Shown: one piece after another, positions 1 through 12,782 of the stretch | How positions within the stretch are numbered: position 1 is the stretch's first letter | How the letters are laid out: each line of letters begins with the position of its first letter | NCBI RefSeq assembly: GCF_030144855.1 | Contig: NC_082721.1 | Coordinates: forward strand, 23,684,001 to 23,748,000 | Direction: 5' to 3' | DNA: 64,000 bases | From: Hypanus sabinus | Taxonomy: Eukaryota | Notes under the pieces: generated by a model | The model's database searches: none | What the model saw: only the letters and a program-made list of their open reading frames with translations | What the model was told of the DNA's origin: nothing | Position numbers and translations under genes: made by a program

Positions 1-435
1 ATGATGACTGTCATATGACTTTGCAGTTTTAAAAACTCATTGGCTTCATTAGTTGTGTTGCTAACTTGCATAATATGACTAATATTATTTACAGAAATAT
101 ACACACCAAATGTACAGAACAGAAATGACCAAACTTGTTCATGCTGACCATGATGCTTGTCTGCGAATCACATTTGCCTGCATTCCAACTTCTTTCCATC
201 CAAGAATCTGTCCAAACATCTTTTAAATGCAAATTATATCTGCCTTCATTACCTCTTCTGGCAGTTTATTCCAGATTATCACTATCCTCTATAAGGAAAA
301 AACTTTTCAGATCTCTTACTTCCTCCCCTCTGTCTTGTAGTTTTGGATTCCCATACCCTGGGGAAAAAGACTGTCTATCCTATCTATGGCCTCAATTATT
401 AAAATCTTCTGTAAAGCCATCCCTCAGTCTTCTAC

Positions 436-960
436 AATAGAAACACAGAAAACCTACAGGTAATACAGGCCCTTTGGCCCACAATGCTGTGCTGATCATG
501 TACTTGTTTCAGAAATTACCTTGGTTTACCCATTGCCCTCTATATTTTTCTAAGCTCCATGTACCTATCCAGAAGCCTCTTAAAAGACCCTCTTGTATCT
601 GCCTCCACCACCTTTGCTGGGTGCCCATTCTACATACTCACCATTCTCTGCGTTTTTAAAAAAAAGACCCAATATTTCTTCTGTACCTTCTTCCACGCAC
701 CTTAAAACTTTGCCCCCTCGTGTTAGCCATTTCAGCCCTGGAGAAAAAGCCTCTGACTATCCACATGATCAATGCCTCTCATCATCTTATACACCTCTAT
801 CAGGTCAACTCTCATCCTCCAATGCTCCAAGGAGAAAAGGCTGAGTTCATTCAACCTAAGGCATGCAACCTTATCAAGTGCCTTTCTGAAATCCATATAC
901 ACTACGTCCATAGAGGTTATGTATTTCCATTATCCTTGTAGTTTAAGAAAAATATGATTT
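436..960 (-). mobile_element. CR1-type LINE fragment (3' end plus a piece of RT)
   Basis: Minus strand at ~850-910 reads DVVYMDFRKALDKV (CR1 RT motif DxxYxDFxKAFDKV). 436-790 resembles the reverse complement of a CR1 C-terminus/3' UTR with a TTTCT-type tail. Boundaries approximate. Confidence 0.7.
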
Positions 961-3114
961 TCAATTAAAAGAAATGAAATTATTTGTTTAATCAGTGACT
1001 GAATTATTTCAGGCCACTTTCAGTCCATGTAATGGCCACTATACTAGAGAGGTTTCTTTCAAGGGATGCTCCATTGATGTAGCGCGATATGAAGTTTGCT
1101 TTAGTAGCTCAGCACATTTTCTAATGAATCAGATCGTCATGAATTTGCACCCCCTTCCAAAGAACTGGATACATAATTCAGATTGATTCCAACACTGTCA
1201 GAGCAGCCCTCTTTTTGGTTGAGGCATAGATTAAGGACTTAACTACCCTTTGCATAAGCAGGTGTCACTGACAAGAAAGTCTGGAGTTTTTGCTGGAACT
1301 TAAGTCAATATCTGCCCTTCATTTATTAGTTATCTCTGTAACGACTTTTTTTAAAAAAAGTAAAAATGCTTCAGGGTGCTTCACGAGAATGCTATACAAC
1401 CTATCCACACAGGGAGGTGCATTTAAAAGTGTGAGCTTTTGATTAACTGGTAACAGGTGACCGGTGAGGTTAATGAGCTAGAAGCAGAGTTTTGGGGAAG
1501 ATGTTTTATCCAGAAAAAGGAATGCTAGCTTGCAATGTGTTTGAATTGTTGATCATGAGGGCACAAAAGAACAATGATGAGTTCCAGCAGCAAATGAACT
1601 GAAATGGGCGGCATTACACAAGTGGAAATAGAAGGACTTGGCTTTTGCACAGATCACTAATACATCAAAATTTTTTTTTTGAGATGGCGTTGTTAACCTT
1701 GGCCTGCATCAGGAGTACACTGAGGTCCTGTATAAGTGATAGAAGGAGTTTACCACCTCTTAAACTACTCAATCGCTGCCTGCCCCATTTGTGGAAGAAT
1801 CCATTAACTTTAAAAGTCTCCACAGAACACACAAAATCAGAATGAATGCAAGTTTTTCTCAGTACCAAAGAACCGCCCAAGAAGGTTACATTGTCGTCTT
1901 GGTAAAGTTCCTGCTATGCCTCCTACATTAAAGCAGTGTAGCTACATTTTCGAAGTGGCTAGAGTTTGAGATGATATCACTTGAGATTGTAAATGGTCTT
2001 TCTGTGATTAGAAGCCATTTGTGGAAAGTTGTGGAAGATTATGCTGTTAATGTCTGGGAAGGATCTGTAATTGATAGTTATTTTTAATTTCCACACAATG
2101 GCCCCAGAGACTACTTGAAAGTAATAAAATGATGAATTGCTAAATGCAAATCTATAATCACAAAAGATTATTGGTTGTTTAATGCCACCTGGCATGAATT
2201 GTTCCAACAAAAGAATCTTAAGTCTTGTATGTAAAGTTTGTATCTCATTTGTCTATTTGGATTTATACAATCTTCACTCATAGTCTTGCCACTCAGTGTT
2301 GGAGTTCCCTGTGAGCAATATGGCCCAGAGCTCTGAGGAACCAGACTGAATGAGCGATTTAATTATTTTGAAATTCTGCTTTTCCCAAGTTGAAAAAATT
2401 CTAGATTTTTAGTCTTGGCATGGCTGTTTTGGCACAGTGAAAATTGTTTGAAGACTTTCTTTAACTCTTCCAGAAATTAATGACCGGATGCTGCAAGTAG
2501 CTTGAGGAAGGATTTGCTCTGGTTGAGTCTCCAGTGATGCATTTCATGCTGAAGTTGATTATAGGTGACCTTCCCGTTGTCTGCCCTCTCCCCTCTCCCC
2601 TCCATGCTTCAGCCACCAAAATTAAACTTTCATTCCTTTGAATCCTTTCTCTTTTATTTGCTGAAGAGATGGAAAATTTAAGAAGATTGTGGGAAATAAT
2701 GAATTGGAAATAGGAATGTTTTGTGTCAACTTGAGTGAAGCTATAGTTTTTTTTTAAAAAAAAAGGTCCTGTCTAGGTTTTTCAGGGGATAAGATTTAAA
2801 TTAAATCAAAACCTGATTGGCATTGATATGATAATTTTCATTTATCTGTTGATGACCCATAGTATCATTCAGCCAATGATGTTCTATTGCTGCTATGAGA
2901 GGAAAAAATCTAGTTCCTCTGAACAACAATGTGAAGAGAAGCAGATAACTTGTGTTTTAGCAATTTTGATCAACATATAAATAATGACAATAATGCCAAA
3001 TAATGTTTTTCCAAGTCTATTATCCACCTGAGAGAGAGAGCAGGCAGGGTCCTTGTTTATGACTGCATTTAAAAGGTGTTGATGGAATAGCATTCCATTT
3101 GTACTGTACTTGAC

Positions 3115-4090
3115 AGAACATAAGAAACAAGAGCAGAAATAGGCCAATCACTCTTCAGTAATATCTTGAGTAATCTAATTTTGGTCTCAGTAGTAGTTTC
3201 TCAATCTCTCCTCATACTCCAACTCTTGCTGAAGTTTAAATTTGTCAGTGCATCTTTGAATATAATGGCTACATTCACAGCTTGTTGGTGTTGAGAGTTT
3301 TAAAGACTGATAACCAGCTGAGAGAAGAAATTCCTCCTCATCTCTGTCTGAAATAGTGACTCCTTTTCCTGAAATTATACCCTTTATTTATAGATACCTC
3401 CACTATGGGAGTTGTCCTTTTAGTTCTAACACTGCCAATCTATCTCGATCCGATTGAAGGTCACCTTTTATGGAGTTCACTAGTTTAGACCCAACCAACT
3501 TGACCTTTTTACACATATCAATCCCTTCTCCCCAGAAGCCTCATGAGCCTTCTCTCTATAGCCACCTATGCAAGCACATCCTTGCTTAAATGTGGAGATG
3601 ACTGTTGTATGTAGCACAAATGTGGCCTCACCAATTCCTTGTAAAGTTGCGATATGGGGTATGAAAGTTCCCTGCTTTCATACCCCATACCTGTTGCAAT
3701 TAAGTCTAATACTTATATAAACCTTTGTAACTAATTGTTGGAATTGCATGCTAACATTTGGAGTTTTTTATGTTGGAACTCCCAGATTCCTTGGCCCTAA
3801 AAAAAATATATATTTTTACTTGCAAAAAGGATAAATTATCCCATATCAGCTAAGAATGTTCTGCTCACTTAATGTCTCCGTCTTTCTTTGGAGTATCTTT
3901 GTGTTCTACTTGCAGTCTGCTAACCCACTTACCTGTATGTCATATTCAGATTTTGGTTTCAGTACACTTAGTCCTTCAAGTCAAGTCATCAGCATAGAAG
4001 ATAATTATTTGAGATATCATGGCAACCCACGGGTTACTGATTGCCAATTCAAAACTGATCTATTTTTCTTGACTCTGTATAATGTTAGCT
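3115..4090 (-). mobile_element. Old CR1-type LINE 3' fragment
   Basis: Starts with the agaacataagaaac..gagcagaa..aggcca tail pattern shared with other minus-strand CR1 3' ends here (9780, 26210, 58650), followed by degenerate RT/C-terminal-like sequence. Boundaries approximate. Confidence 0.55.
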
Positions 4091-5182
4091 GGCTACTCTC
4101 CTTTTACTGGCAATTGATGGCCAAGGTTTTTGTGGTCAAGTCTCTGGAACCAACTGACATAGTTAGTTAAAATAATACCAAATGAAACAGAAAGTGAAGT
4201 CGAGTATTGGTCATAATTGTGTTTGGAGAGATGAGAATGGCCACAACAGATAAATAAGAGAGAATGGAGGTTGGTAAGGGAAAGGATGGCCTATTTATTC
4301 AGTATGGAATTTTTATCTAGGTTTTAACCAAGATGAACTACTAATCACTGTCCTGATTCTTGCAAAGAGACAGCTTTAGTACTGCATTGAATCTTGTGTC
4401 TAAATCATGCTTACTTCCATTCCAGTTGTGTGTTTATTTTTTATTTATATCATCATTTCAATTTCTTATGATTTTGGGAATGTAGACTCTATCTGTGAAC
4501 TCCTTGATAACAGAATTACTTTGAGTAGAATTAGTGGGATGAAAGGGAAAAATGTAATGTTTTTTAATATCTTCATTTTACAAGGGATATGGAGAGTGTT
4601 GGCAAGGTTGACGTCCCTAATTACTGCAAATGAAACATAGCAGCCTGCTTTATAGGTACTCCTTCCTCACCATTCACTCACTCTACTTACGGTAGCAGCA
4701 GTTTGTACCTTTTACAGGGTGCACTGCAACAACTCGTGTGAACCAGTAACATTTTGGAATTAATTCACACTAAAATTCAATGCATGACACCCTGACAATT
4801 ATCTTGACTGAACTCCTAAATATAAAAATTCCAAGTTTATTTTTCAGAGCACTTTGCAAAGACAGCTGCCTACTTAATCTTACACATGAGAAAAATAATA
4901 AATGTGTGCTTTCAAATGTTGGCCGATGTTTGTATATGCATGTGTAAAGTCACCGCTGTAATTCAATATGATGTAAATTAAATGATGCTGCCCTTTGTCT
5001 TCTGTCATCCTTCTTCCTTTCAAATACATTTTGGTTTTCCAGATAGTTCCAGTAAAAATGCTAAATTGTGGTTGCAAGACAAGTTGTGATTCCCTTTAGT
5101 TTTTAACTTTTGTGTTTGCAACAAAATTAAATTTGCAAGAATTATTTACTTTGAGTAATATTTACTGGGACAGATAGATCCT

Positions 5183-5489
5183 TTTTTAATTAGTTTTTTA
5201 ATACATTTTCTACATAACTACAAATTAAAAAAACCCAGATCAAAATGAGGAACATTAATACAGTGCAAAATTAAGCATACAATGACAATATGATACAAAG
5301 AAAGAGAATTTAAAAAATGCACCTAAATTGAAGACAAGTAAACTTAGTATCCTCCCCAAACCCCAAGCCCCACAACACAAAAAAAAACTCCACACCAACC
5401 ACCACACAATATAGAGAATATAAATCAGGACAATCAAACTCCCAGACTGTGAATACAGTTAGCAACAGAGGATAATAATGCCTACTACC
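5183..5489 (-). mobile_element. 5'-truncated poly(A) retroposed insert (L1/Tx1-like 3' UTR or retrocopy) with 15-bp TSD
   Basis: Perfect direct repeat GGACAGATAGATCCT at 5168-5182 and 5490-5504. T-rich left end gives an A-rich tail with ATTAAA on the minus strand. Confidence 0.85.
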
Positions 5490-5745
5490 GGACAGATAGA
5501 TCCTGTGTAGATTAATAGGATGGCGTTTGAAATGGCTGGTTATGAAGGTTGATTCAGTATCTAAGCATTCTAAGAAGGTATATTGAGTAGCCATGGATAT
5601 GCATAGTGCTAATCTATAAAAAAATGAACTTAGTCAATAGCAATTCCTTAAAATGATTAGGCCTTTCAAAATGAGCCCTTTCATTTTTCTGTCAAAAAGA
5701 ATTTTTCAGATGTTAATTATCCCAAATTTACCTGTGTGTACTAGT

Positions 5746-5839
5746 AACACACACAAAATGCTGGTGGAACACAGCAGGCCAGGCAGTATCTATAGGAGAA
5801 GCTCTGTCGATGTTTTGGGCCGAGACCCTTCGTCAGGAC
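5746..5839 (-). mobile_element. Short Penelope-derived element (hammerhead motif plus tail)
   Basis: Near-identical to the terminal ~95 nt of the GIY-YIG-bearing copies at 53792 and 63225 (acacacaaaatgctggtggaacacagcaggccaggcag...cgagacccttcgtcaggac). Confidence 0.85.
5806..5839 (-). ncRNA. Minimal hammerhead ribozyme motif, degenerate copy
   Basis: Minus strand GTC CTGACGA A GGGT CTCG GCCC AAAA CATC GAC. CUGANGA box intact; GAAA and GUC carry G>A changes. Confidence 0.65.
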
Positions 5840-6014
5840 ATTCTTTTTGATAAAATAAAGGATCTAGTGACACGAGCAGAAACCGGAAGCCTGTGTGTAT
5901 TTGGGAAATTTTGCCATGAAGTGTTCACCTATGTGATATTGATTTGTCAAAATGATGGTGATGTCCACCTCCTGCTCCTCATTATATCCAAAAATGGCTG
6001 GGGCAGGTGAGAAG

Positions 6015-6286
6015 ATTCGATTTAATTAATTAATTTTGTGATACAGCATGGAATAGGTCTTCTGAGTCACGTCGCCCCAGCAAGCCCACAAACCCAATTA
6101 AATTTAACCTAATCGCAGGACAATTTACAATGACCAGTTAACCTACCCCGGTATGTCTTTGGACTGTGGGAGAAAACCAGAGCACCCAGGAAATACCCCA
6201 CAGATTCAGAGACCCCATACAGAACTCCATCGGAATTGAATTCTGGAATACCCCGAGCTGTAACCTGCTATGCTACCATGTCGCCC
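6015..6286 (-). mobile_element. V-SINE/HE1-like tRNA-derived SINE
   Basis: Core gtctttggactgtgggagaaaaccagagcacccaggaaa (V-domain-like), B-box-like ggaattgaa, ends in gccc. Confidence 0.7.
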
Positions 6287-7734
6287 ACCGTGTTTCCTTT
6301 ACTCAGCTTGTTGGAATATATGGGGCACATTTGATCTGTAAAGCTTGTGAAAGTTGAATCTGTAAGTAATTTTTAAAGAAAATTGAATAAATGAAAATAA
6401 GAAACTATGAAGGTTGCAGCCTAAAGGTGAGGACTAAACACAAACATCTTTCAAAAATCACATGGCAGACCTGCTTAGAAGGAAAATAAACATTAGGACA
6501 AGGAGCCTCTGAAAACCTCATTGTTGATCATGCATTTTATTTTCCAAATGCTGAATTTTATAGTTCTTCCTTGTAAAATCTGAGTTTGGGGAGTGGCATC
6601 ATAACTAGTTGAGTGGCTACCACTTGTGCTGAAAGTTTTTCTAAATAGATGAAATGCTATAATGTAATTTTTAAAGGTTTTTTTATAAACTGATGAGCAA
6701 AAAGGAGACTGGTAAGTATATTACTTGAATATTGAATCAGTAGATTTACAAAGCAAAATTAATATTTTGACATGTTGAGTTGGAATAAGATGTGGATTTA
6801 CTATGTATAACTGTAGATTCATTCACCTAAGCAAACAATAGAATCTTTACATAATTGAAGTAATTTCTAGTTTATCCACAGCCATGGAATTCTGTGTAAA
6901 AATAATTTGTTTTAGCTGTCTTGTAAATCTTTTGGCATTTAATCCTGTGTCTATGAGATCTTGTTCATGACCCATCAACTACTAGAGAAGATCTTTGGCT
7001 TACACATTCTCTTTTTCATTTTAAAATGTTTGTTATATTGCTTTTGTAGAGAGTTCTAAGTGGTCTCATTTGTATTTTAATAGCATCATGCATTTTCATT
7101 GTTCTTTTCCTAAGCTTCAATATCCTTAACATAGGAGGGAGCACAGTAATGATTTTGCTCCTGAGGTTTTATTTTTGTTTGCATACCAGCTCATTGTTCC
7201 TAGTTTTTCTATTGCACAATCCCTGTGTTAACACTGGAATTCCATTCAGCATTTAAGCAAAACAGTTAGGGTGCTGCCCTTTAAAGTTCTTTTAACAATA
7301 TCTTCAGCACCCCTTTTTCTTATGGCAAGACCATGTTCCCTTTGGGGGACAGGGTTTGCTCTTGTATAAAATGCCCTGCCTCTAATTTCTGCATTACTCC
7401 ATTCACTCAATAAACAATAATGGTTTTGTACTGGTGTCTTCAACTTCACTTATGGAGCATGCAATGTAGCAAAGTTGAGGAATGACTCGTGTTATGAATA
7501 GAATTTTTAAAAATGCATTGAAAGTTGGAAATAAAATTGTAAATTTGCAAAGCTTCAGTAATTCTTTTGGACTCAGGAAGCCCTGCTTGCAAATAACAAA
7601 TTATGTGACTTAAACCTCTTTTCCCAAAGGCTGGAGTAAAAGATTAAGAGCAGCAGAAAGAGCATAGGAATTCTGCTGCTCAGCTTTCTGTTCAATATTT
7701 CTCCTTGATTCAGCATCATTGAAACTGATTTTCT

Positions 7735-7855
7735 TGCTATTTGTAGGCTCTTTCTAGATGTATATAGCTGGTACATTTCCCGTTTTACAGTAGTGACTGT
7801 ACATCAGAAGCAGTTGTCAAGTTTATGGGACAAACTAAAGTCCATAAAGGTATCA
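7735..7855 (+). mobile_element. Ancient DeuSINE-like fragment
   Basis: ttgctatttgtaggctc...tagctggtacatttccc..ttacagtagtgactgtacatcagaag resembles the Deu domain. Similar decayed copies at ~1860, 21880 and 41290. Confidence 0.45.
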
Positions 7856-9174
7856 GTTTACCACCACCTCTTTCTGGCAGAGTGATTGAGTTCAAGTTTT
7901 GAGCATCATCTAGGAGTTTTGCAGTTGATAGAAACTTTGCTCCAAGCCAGATAAACCCTTGAACATCATCTTAGTTTTCTTTTGCACTGGAAATACTATT
8001 GGACAACTTCCTGGATATCGGGATCAGGACAGGATGTCTCTCAGTGATTCTGTTAACTTTGAATAATGTGCAAACACTTGAAGAGTATCTACAAAGCAGA
8101 AACTTGGCCAAAGTCAAATTTTTGAATGGGGAAAACTGAGTGGGAATTGATTTATTCCAGTCTAACATAACACCCTACTCAAGCTCTGGTGATGTATTTT
8201 TAATGATTGCATCAGATAAAGTGAACTATAGCCCATATATGTCTGAAAGCTATGTTTTGGAAAATATTAGTGGCACTTGCAGAAATCCAACCAAACAGGA
8301 TTTAATATTCAGTGATTGGAGACTTCAGTTTCAAATTTAGTGTGATTATAGCAATGAATGTGCCGGAAGATTGTATGGCCGTTAATGTCACAATCGTCAA
8401 GCTGTTCAGGATGTAACGTGATATTTTCTCATGTCCTATTTATAGCTTCAGTAAGATCTGGACTGTACTGAATCCCTGCACAATTTGATTTTCTGTTGAC
8501 AATGAAGTTAATGCTTCATATGTTTATGGAGCCTCTTTTAACACCTCATCGGCTGCTGAACAGGATACAAGCAACAGCTTATTGTCTAAAAGGGGACCAT
8601 TGTTCACTGCTTGCATTTTATCTAATTTCCCTTTTATTTTTCTCCTCAGCTTTTAATTTCCTTCCATCCATTTTTTGTTTGTCATCATTATCACTGCAAA
8701 ATTGTTCAGTTCCTTTACCAAGGTATGTTGTGTAGGATGGTTCCTGTTGAATGAAGTGTTGCAGAAATTACCTTCAGATGCTTTAGTCTCTGGGGGCAAT
8801 TGTGGTCTTTTCATCAATGCATGTATATACACTATCAATATAACTTCATTTGTTATAATGGGTGGTTGATGATGAAAAGGTTGATCTCTTTCAAATATTC
8901 ACTTGCGTTTTGACCAGCCATATTCTCGAAATGTTAGCAACCACTGCACACTTCTCCAACCCTCACCCGCTACTTCTCCATCAGGAGATTGCTAGGCAGA
9001 AGGTTAATTTGCCAAGTGGCATTTTAAAATTGCATTTAAAAATTATAGCAGAGTGACTTGGGGTCAGTTGACATGATGCAGAAGTAGTGAGACTAATTGT
9101 ATGTCCTAGCCATTGCACTGCTTTGAGCTGCTAGATCGAGCAGATTGTTTAAATAGACTGCAACTTTGAGGAGT

Positions 9175-9577
9175 CCAAGAGGATGCCAAGAGTATTATCA
9201 AGGATCCCATTCATTCATCCAGCATCCTCTTTGATATTCTACCATCAGGCAGGAGACTCTGATGCACAAAGCCAAGAACGGTCAGAATGGGAAACAGCTT
9301 ATTCTCTCAGGCCATCAGGCTTCTGAACTCCCTGCCGCATTGTATTTGAAGTGTCACCGGATAATTTGTACTGTACCCTACAATATGTAATTTATGCACT
9401 TTGTTTATGCATAATTCATTTGTAGACTTAATTCCTATTTTCCTAAGTTACGGTGTGTAATATGTGTACTACTGCGCTTTACACCCTGGTCCAGAGAAAT
9501 ATTGTCTCAGATGATGGTAACATGACAATAAGTTTAATACAGTTAAATAACAATAAACTTTACTTGACTTCACTTGA
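9175..9577 (+). mobile_element. Rex1/Babar LINE 3' fragment
   Basis: Encodes IIKDP..HP..LPSGRRL...NS.FSQAIRLLNS-type C-terminus, then a 3' UTR with AATAAA and a cttga-type tail. Confidence 0.8.
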
Positions 9578-12325
9578 TGTAAACTGCCTATAGCTAAGAA
9601 TTTATTACATTTACTGAATAGGAAAGATGTTTGGATATGATAGTAACACAAGGAGAAAGGGAAATTAAGATAAGATAAGAATGAAGGTTAAGAGTATAAA
9701 AGAAAGATGCAGGTGACGTCAATGGACAGAGAAAGGAAAAGGTTATTGGAAAAATAAAGTAAATAATGAAAGTAAACACAAGAAATAGGAGGAATGGTCC
9801 TTTATGTTCCTTGATACAGCTTTTGTCATTCAATAAGGTCTTGATTTGTTTGCACCATCTCCATATACCTGAATTACTTTGCTTTCCAAAATTCTTGGAT
9901 TGAGAAATCTAAAGCTTCTTATCCCCCTTAGTAAAGAAATTTCTCCTCATCTCATTTGGAAGTGACCAGACTCTTATCCTGTCACAGTAGATGACCCTGA
10001 GTTCTGGACTTTTCACTCGGGGAAGCAAACTACCAGCACCTACTTTGTTCCAACCTGCTGGCCTGAATGGTCAGAATGGTGGTTATGGGGATTTAGACTA
10101 TTGCTTAATATACAGACTTGAAGATGGTGATTGGCAACAAGAGAATAGCAGCAGGTGGCTTTTGCTGTATGCAAGGATGAATATTTCTGACTCTTTCATA
10201 AAAGGCCAGTAATAAAAAAAAACACCACTACAACTTGAGTATGGGAAATTGCTTGAGCAGATTGCAATTACGTAGAGCCAGTCATAACCTCAGACCATTT
10301 CAAAGGATGATAGTGAATTTCATAGCTTCCTTCTCTGAAGGATGACTCCATTGGTATGTGAAATGTTTCACTTTTTATCCATAGTTTTGCCAAGAATCCA
10401 TCTTGTCAGAGGGTGGTATTGTTTCAGCATGGGTAGGTTGTTTGAGGATCTGTGTCTTGTGGAAGGTTAAATGTAAGGCTCATCCTTCGTATGCTCCCTT
10501 CAACTTGTTGACACCAACTTGGAACTTGGCCTATGCATGTGTGTGCTTATGTAAGTGTAGAGGAATTAATATTATCCTGGACTCCAGGGAAGTCTTGCAT
10601 GCAGTTCTTTTGGGAGGAGGTGGGGGGGAAATTGTTGTAGGATCTCTTGTGTTCATCTGAGTGCAGTTGGGTTTCTTAATTCCAACTGCACAAATTACTG
10701 GAGTTTCAATTTCGATTTTTGTGCTGAAATTTTTGCAGTGGCACTTGTTCTGACTTTGGATAGGGAGAAGGTTAAGACATAAAAGAAGTAAGATATGAGG
10801 ATACCTGGAGAGAGTGATTATAACATTTATAATGAGAATCTACTTGATCTTGTGTCCAAAGATGGAAATATGGACTAATTATGTTAAATAATTTGTTCAC
10901 AAGATGCAAACTTTGCTAGAAAGCTGAGATTTATTATCCATCCATAATTTCCTTTGAATAGAGGAGGGAAACTAGGTGTGTAGATCTCAAGTTGTATAAT
11001 ATTGAAACCTGAAGAGGGTAGTAGGTACATGATTACTATCATGAGTTTTTTTATGTATTTTTACAGGTTGTCTTTTGCACATCAGTGTTCATTTGTGTGT
11101 AGTTTTTCACTGATTCAATTGTATTTCTTTGTTCTGCCAAGAATGCCTGCAATAAAATGAGTCTCAGGATAGTCTATGGTGACATATACATTCTTTGATA
11201 ACAGATTTTGAAGTTTACTTTGAACTTTGGAATTCCAGAGATACAGTAATTACTGTTCTTGAATGTAACATCTCCGGCCATTATAGTGGAATTTGAAATT
11301 GTGTCTTTCAGTTGATGTTTTAGAACCCTGGCTGCTAGCAGAGTAACTTAACAGCTGAACTACTAAACACCGTAAGTTTGGTCATTGGAAGCAATACTTA
11401 AAATCCAGAATAAAAACAATAGCATTGTGCAATGTGTAACTGCAAGCAGATTTAGCTCAGAAGTAGTAGTAAGAATTGTAACAACGAGAAGTGTAAAAGA
11501 GTAAGATGCAACAGACAAATGCAGTTGAGGGTGCACATAAAGGTGGACAAAATATTAAAAGACAGTGATAGAAGGTGATATAATGAATTGAAGAAATTGA
11601 AGGTGCAAGTAGAAAGGCATTGGAAAAAGTAAAATAAAAAAAAGGTAAAGAATAACAAGGACACAGATATTCTCTAGATGTGTAAATCATGGGGATGAAT
11701 AGACAGATGAAAGTATTAAAATAAGTTGGCATATTGGGCAGATGTTTTACCTGGGTTTCTATCCAAAGATGTTATCAAAAGGGAAGTGATGACTATTTAG
11801 GTAGTCAGGGATAGATTACGTAAATAAAGATGGGAATACATTGAGATATCAGACAAATACCTAAATTAAACCAAGATAAAAGGCTGGATCCAGGTAGATT
11901 ACACCTATGTGATGCATACTTGGGAGGAGATTAGAGGCTACATACATAAATGATTTCAATGAGAAAGAAATAATGCCAGCACTCTGCTAATTCCTCTCTC
12001 CACTCTGGGAGATGGAACTAATTCAGGGAACTAGAGGTCAGTTAGATTAACATACAGGATAGAAGGGATACTAGAATGTTTTTGAAACTCTACAGTACTG
12101 TGCAAAAGTCTTGGGTACCTTAGATGTTTTTATATATAGATTTAGTTTTAGTTGTTTTTATTTTTTGTCTTCTGCGTTAGTGTGTCAGAAGAAAAGAGCA
12201 AATTTTAGATATCCAAACATTCATTTCCCAGAAAGTTAAATGTTACAGATTTTGTTTTGTATTTCATTAAAGAAAGTAACATATTAAGTAATAGACCACT
12301 TTTAAATTGCAAACTTGATAAACTT

Positions 12326-12405
12326 TGAAGGGTCTCGGTCCAAAACAACTCTTTTCCATAGATGATGACTGTCCTGCTGAGTTCCTCCAGCATTTTATGT
12401 GTGAT
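12326..12405 (+). mobile_element. Short Penelope-derived element nested in the Tc1
   Basis: tgaagggtctcggtccaaaac...atagatg...ctgctgagttcctccagcattttatgtgtg. Related to the PLE tail and starts inside the hammerhead core. Confidence 0.7.
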
Positions 12406-12592
12406 ACTTAGTTTGTAGGTGTATAGCCCAGTGTATAATTAAACAAAGATAACAAAGAGGTGCTAATAATGAGTTGAATGAACTAAACTGATTAACTGAA
12501 ACAGAAACAGATGTAGAAGGAATCAAACTTGGTGAAGGACAACCAAACTAAACAGTGAGGGTGTTGCAAAGATGACAATTTAACCTTTAAAT

Positions 12593-12782
12593 CACGGGAC
12601 GGCAACCTTTTTGCCTCTGTGGGCCAGGTTGCGTATTAATGAGTGACGGTGGGCCAGATAAATGCCATAAAAAACTTGAAATATGGGAATTATCCATTTA
12701 AACACATCTAGTTATGTTTTGCCTCAAATTAATGAATAACGCCTGCTAGAAAATCATCTGTGCTTAAGGTTGCCTACCCCTG
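12593..12782. mobile_element. hAT (Charlie-like) MITE nested in the Tc1
   Basis: 8-bp TSD CTTTAAAT at 12585-12592 and 12783-12790. Imperfect TIRs CACGGGACGGCAACCTT / AAGGTTGCCTACCCCTG. Confidence 0.9.

Noticed and set aside
5741-5873. CTAGTAACAC / CTAGTGACAC as TSD of the short PLE copy
   Set aside because: One mismatch, and 24 unexplained bases lie between the element end and the second repeat. Plausible but not secure.
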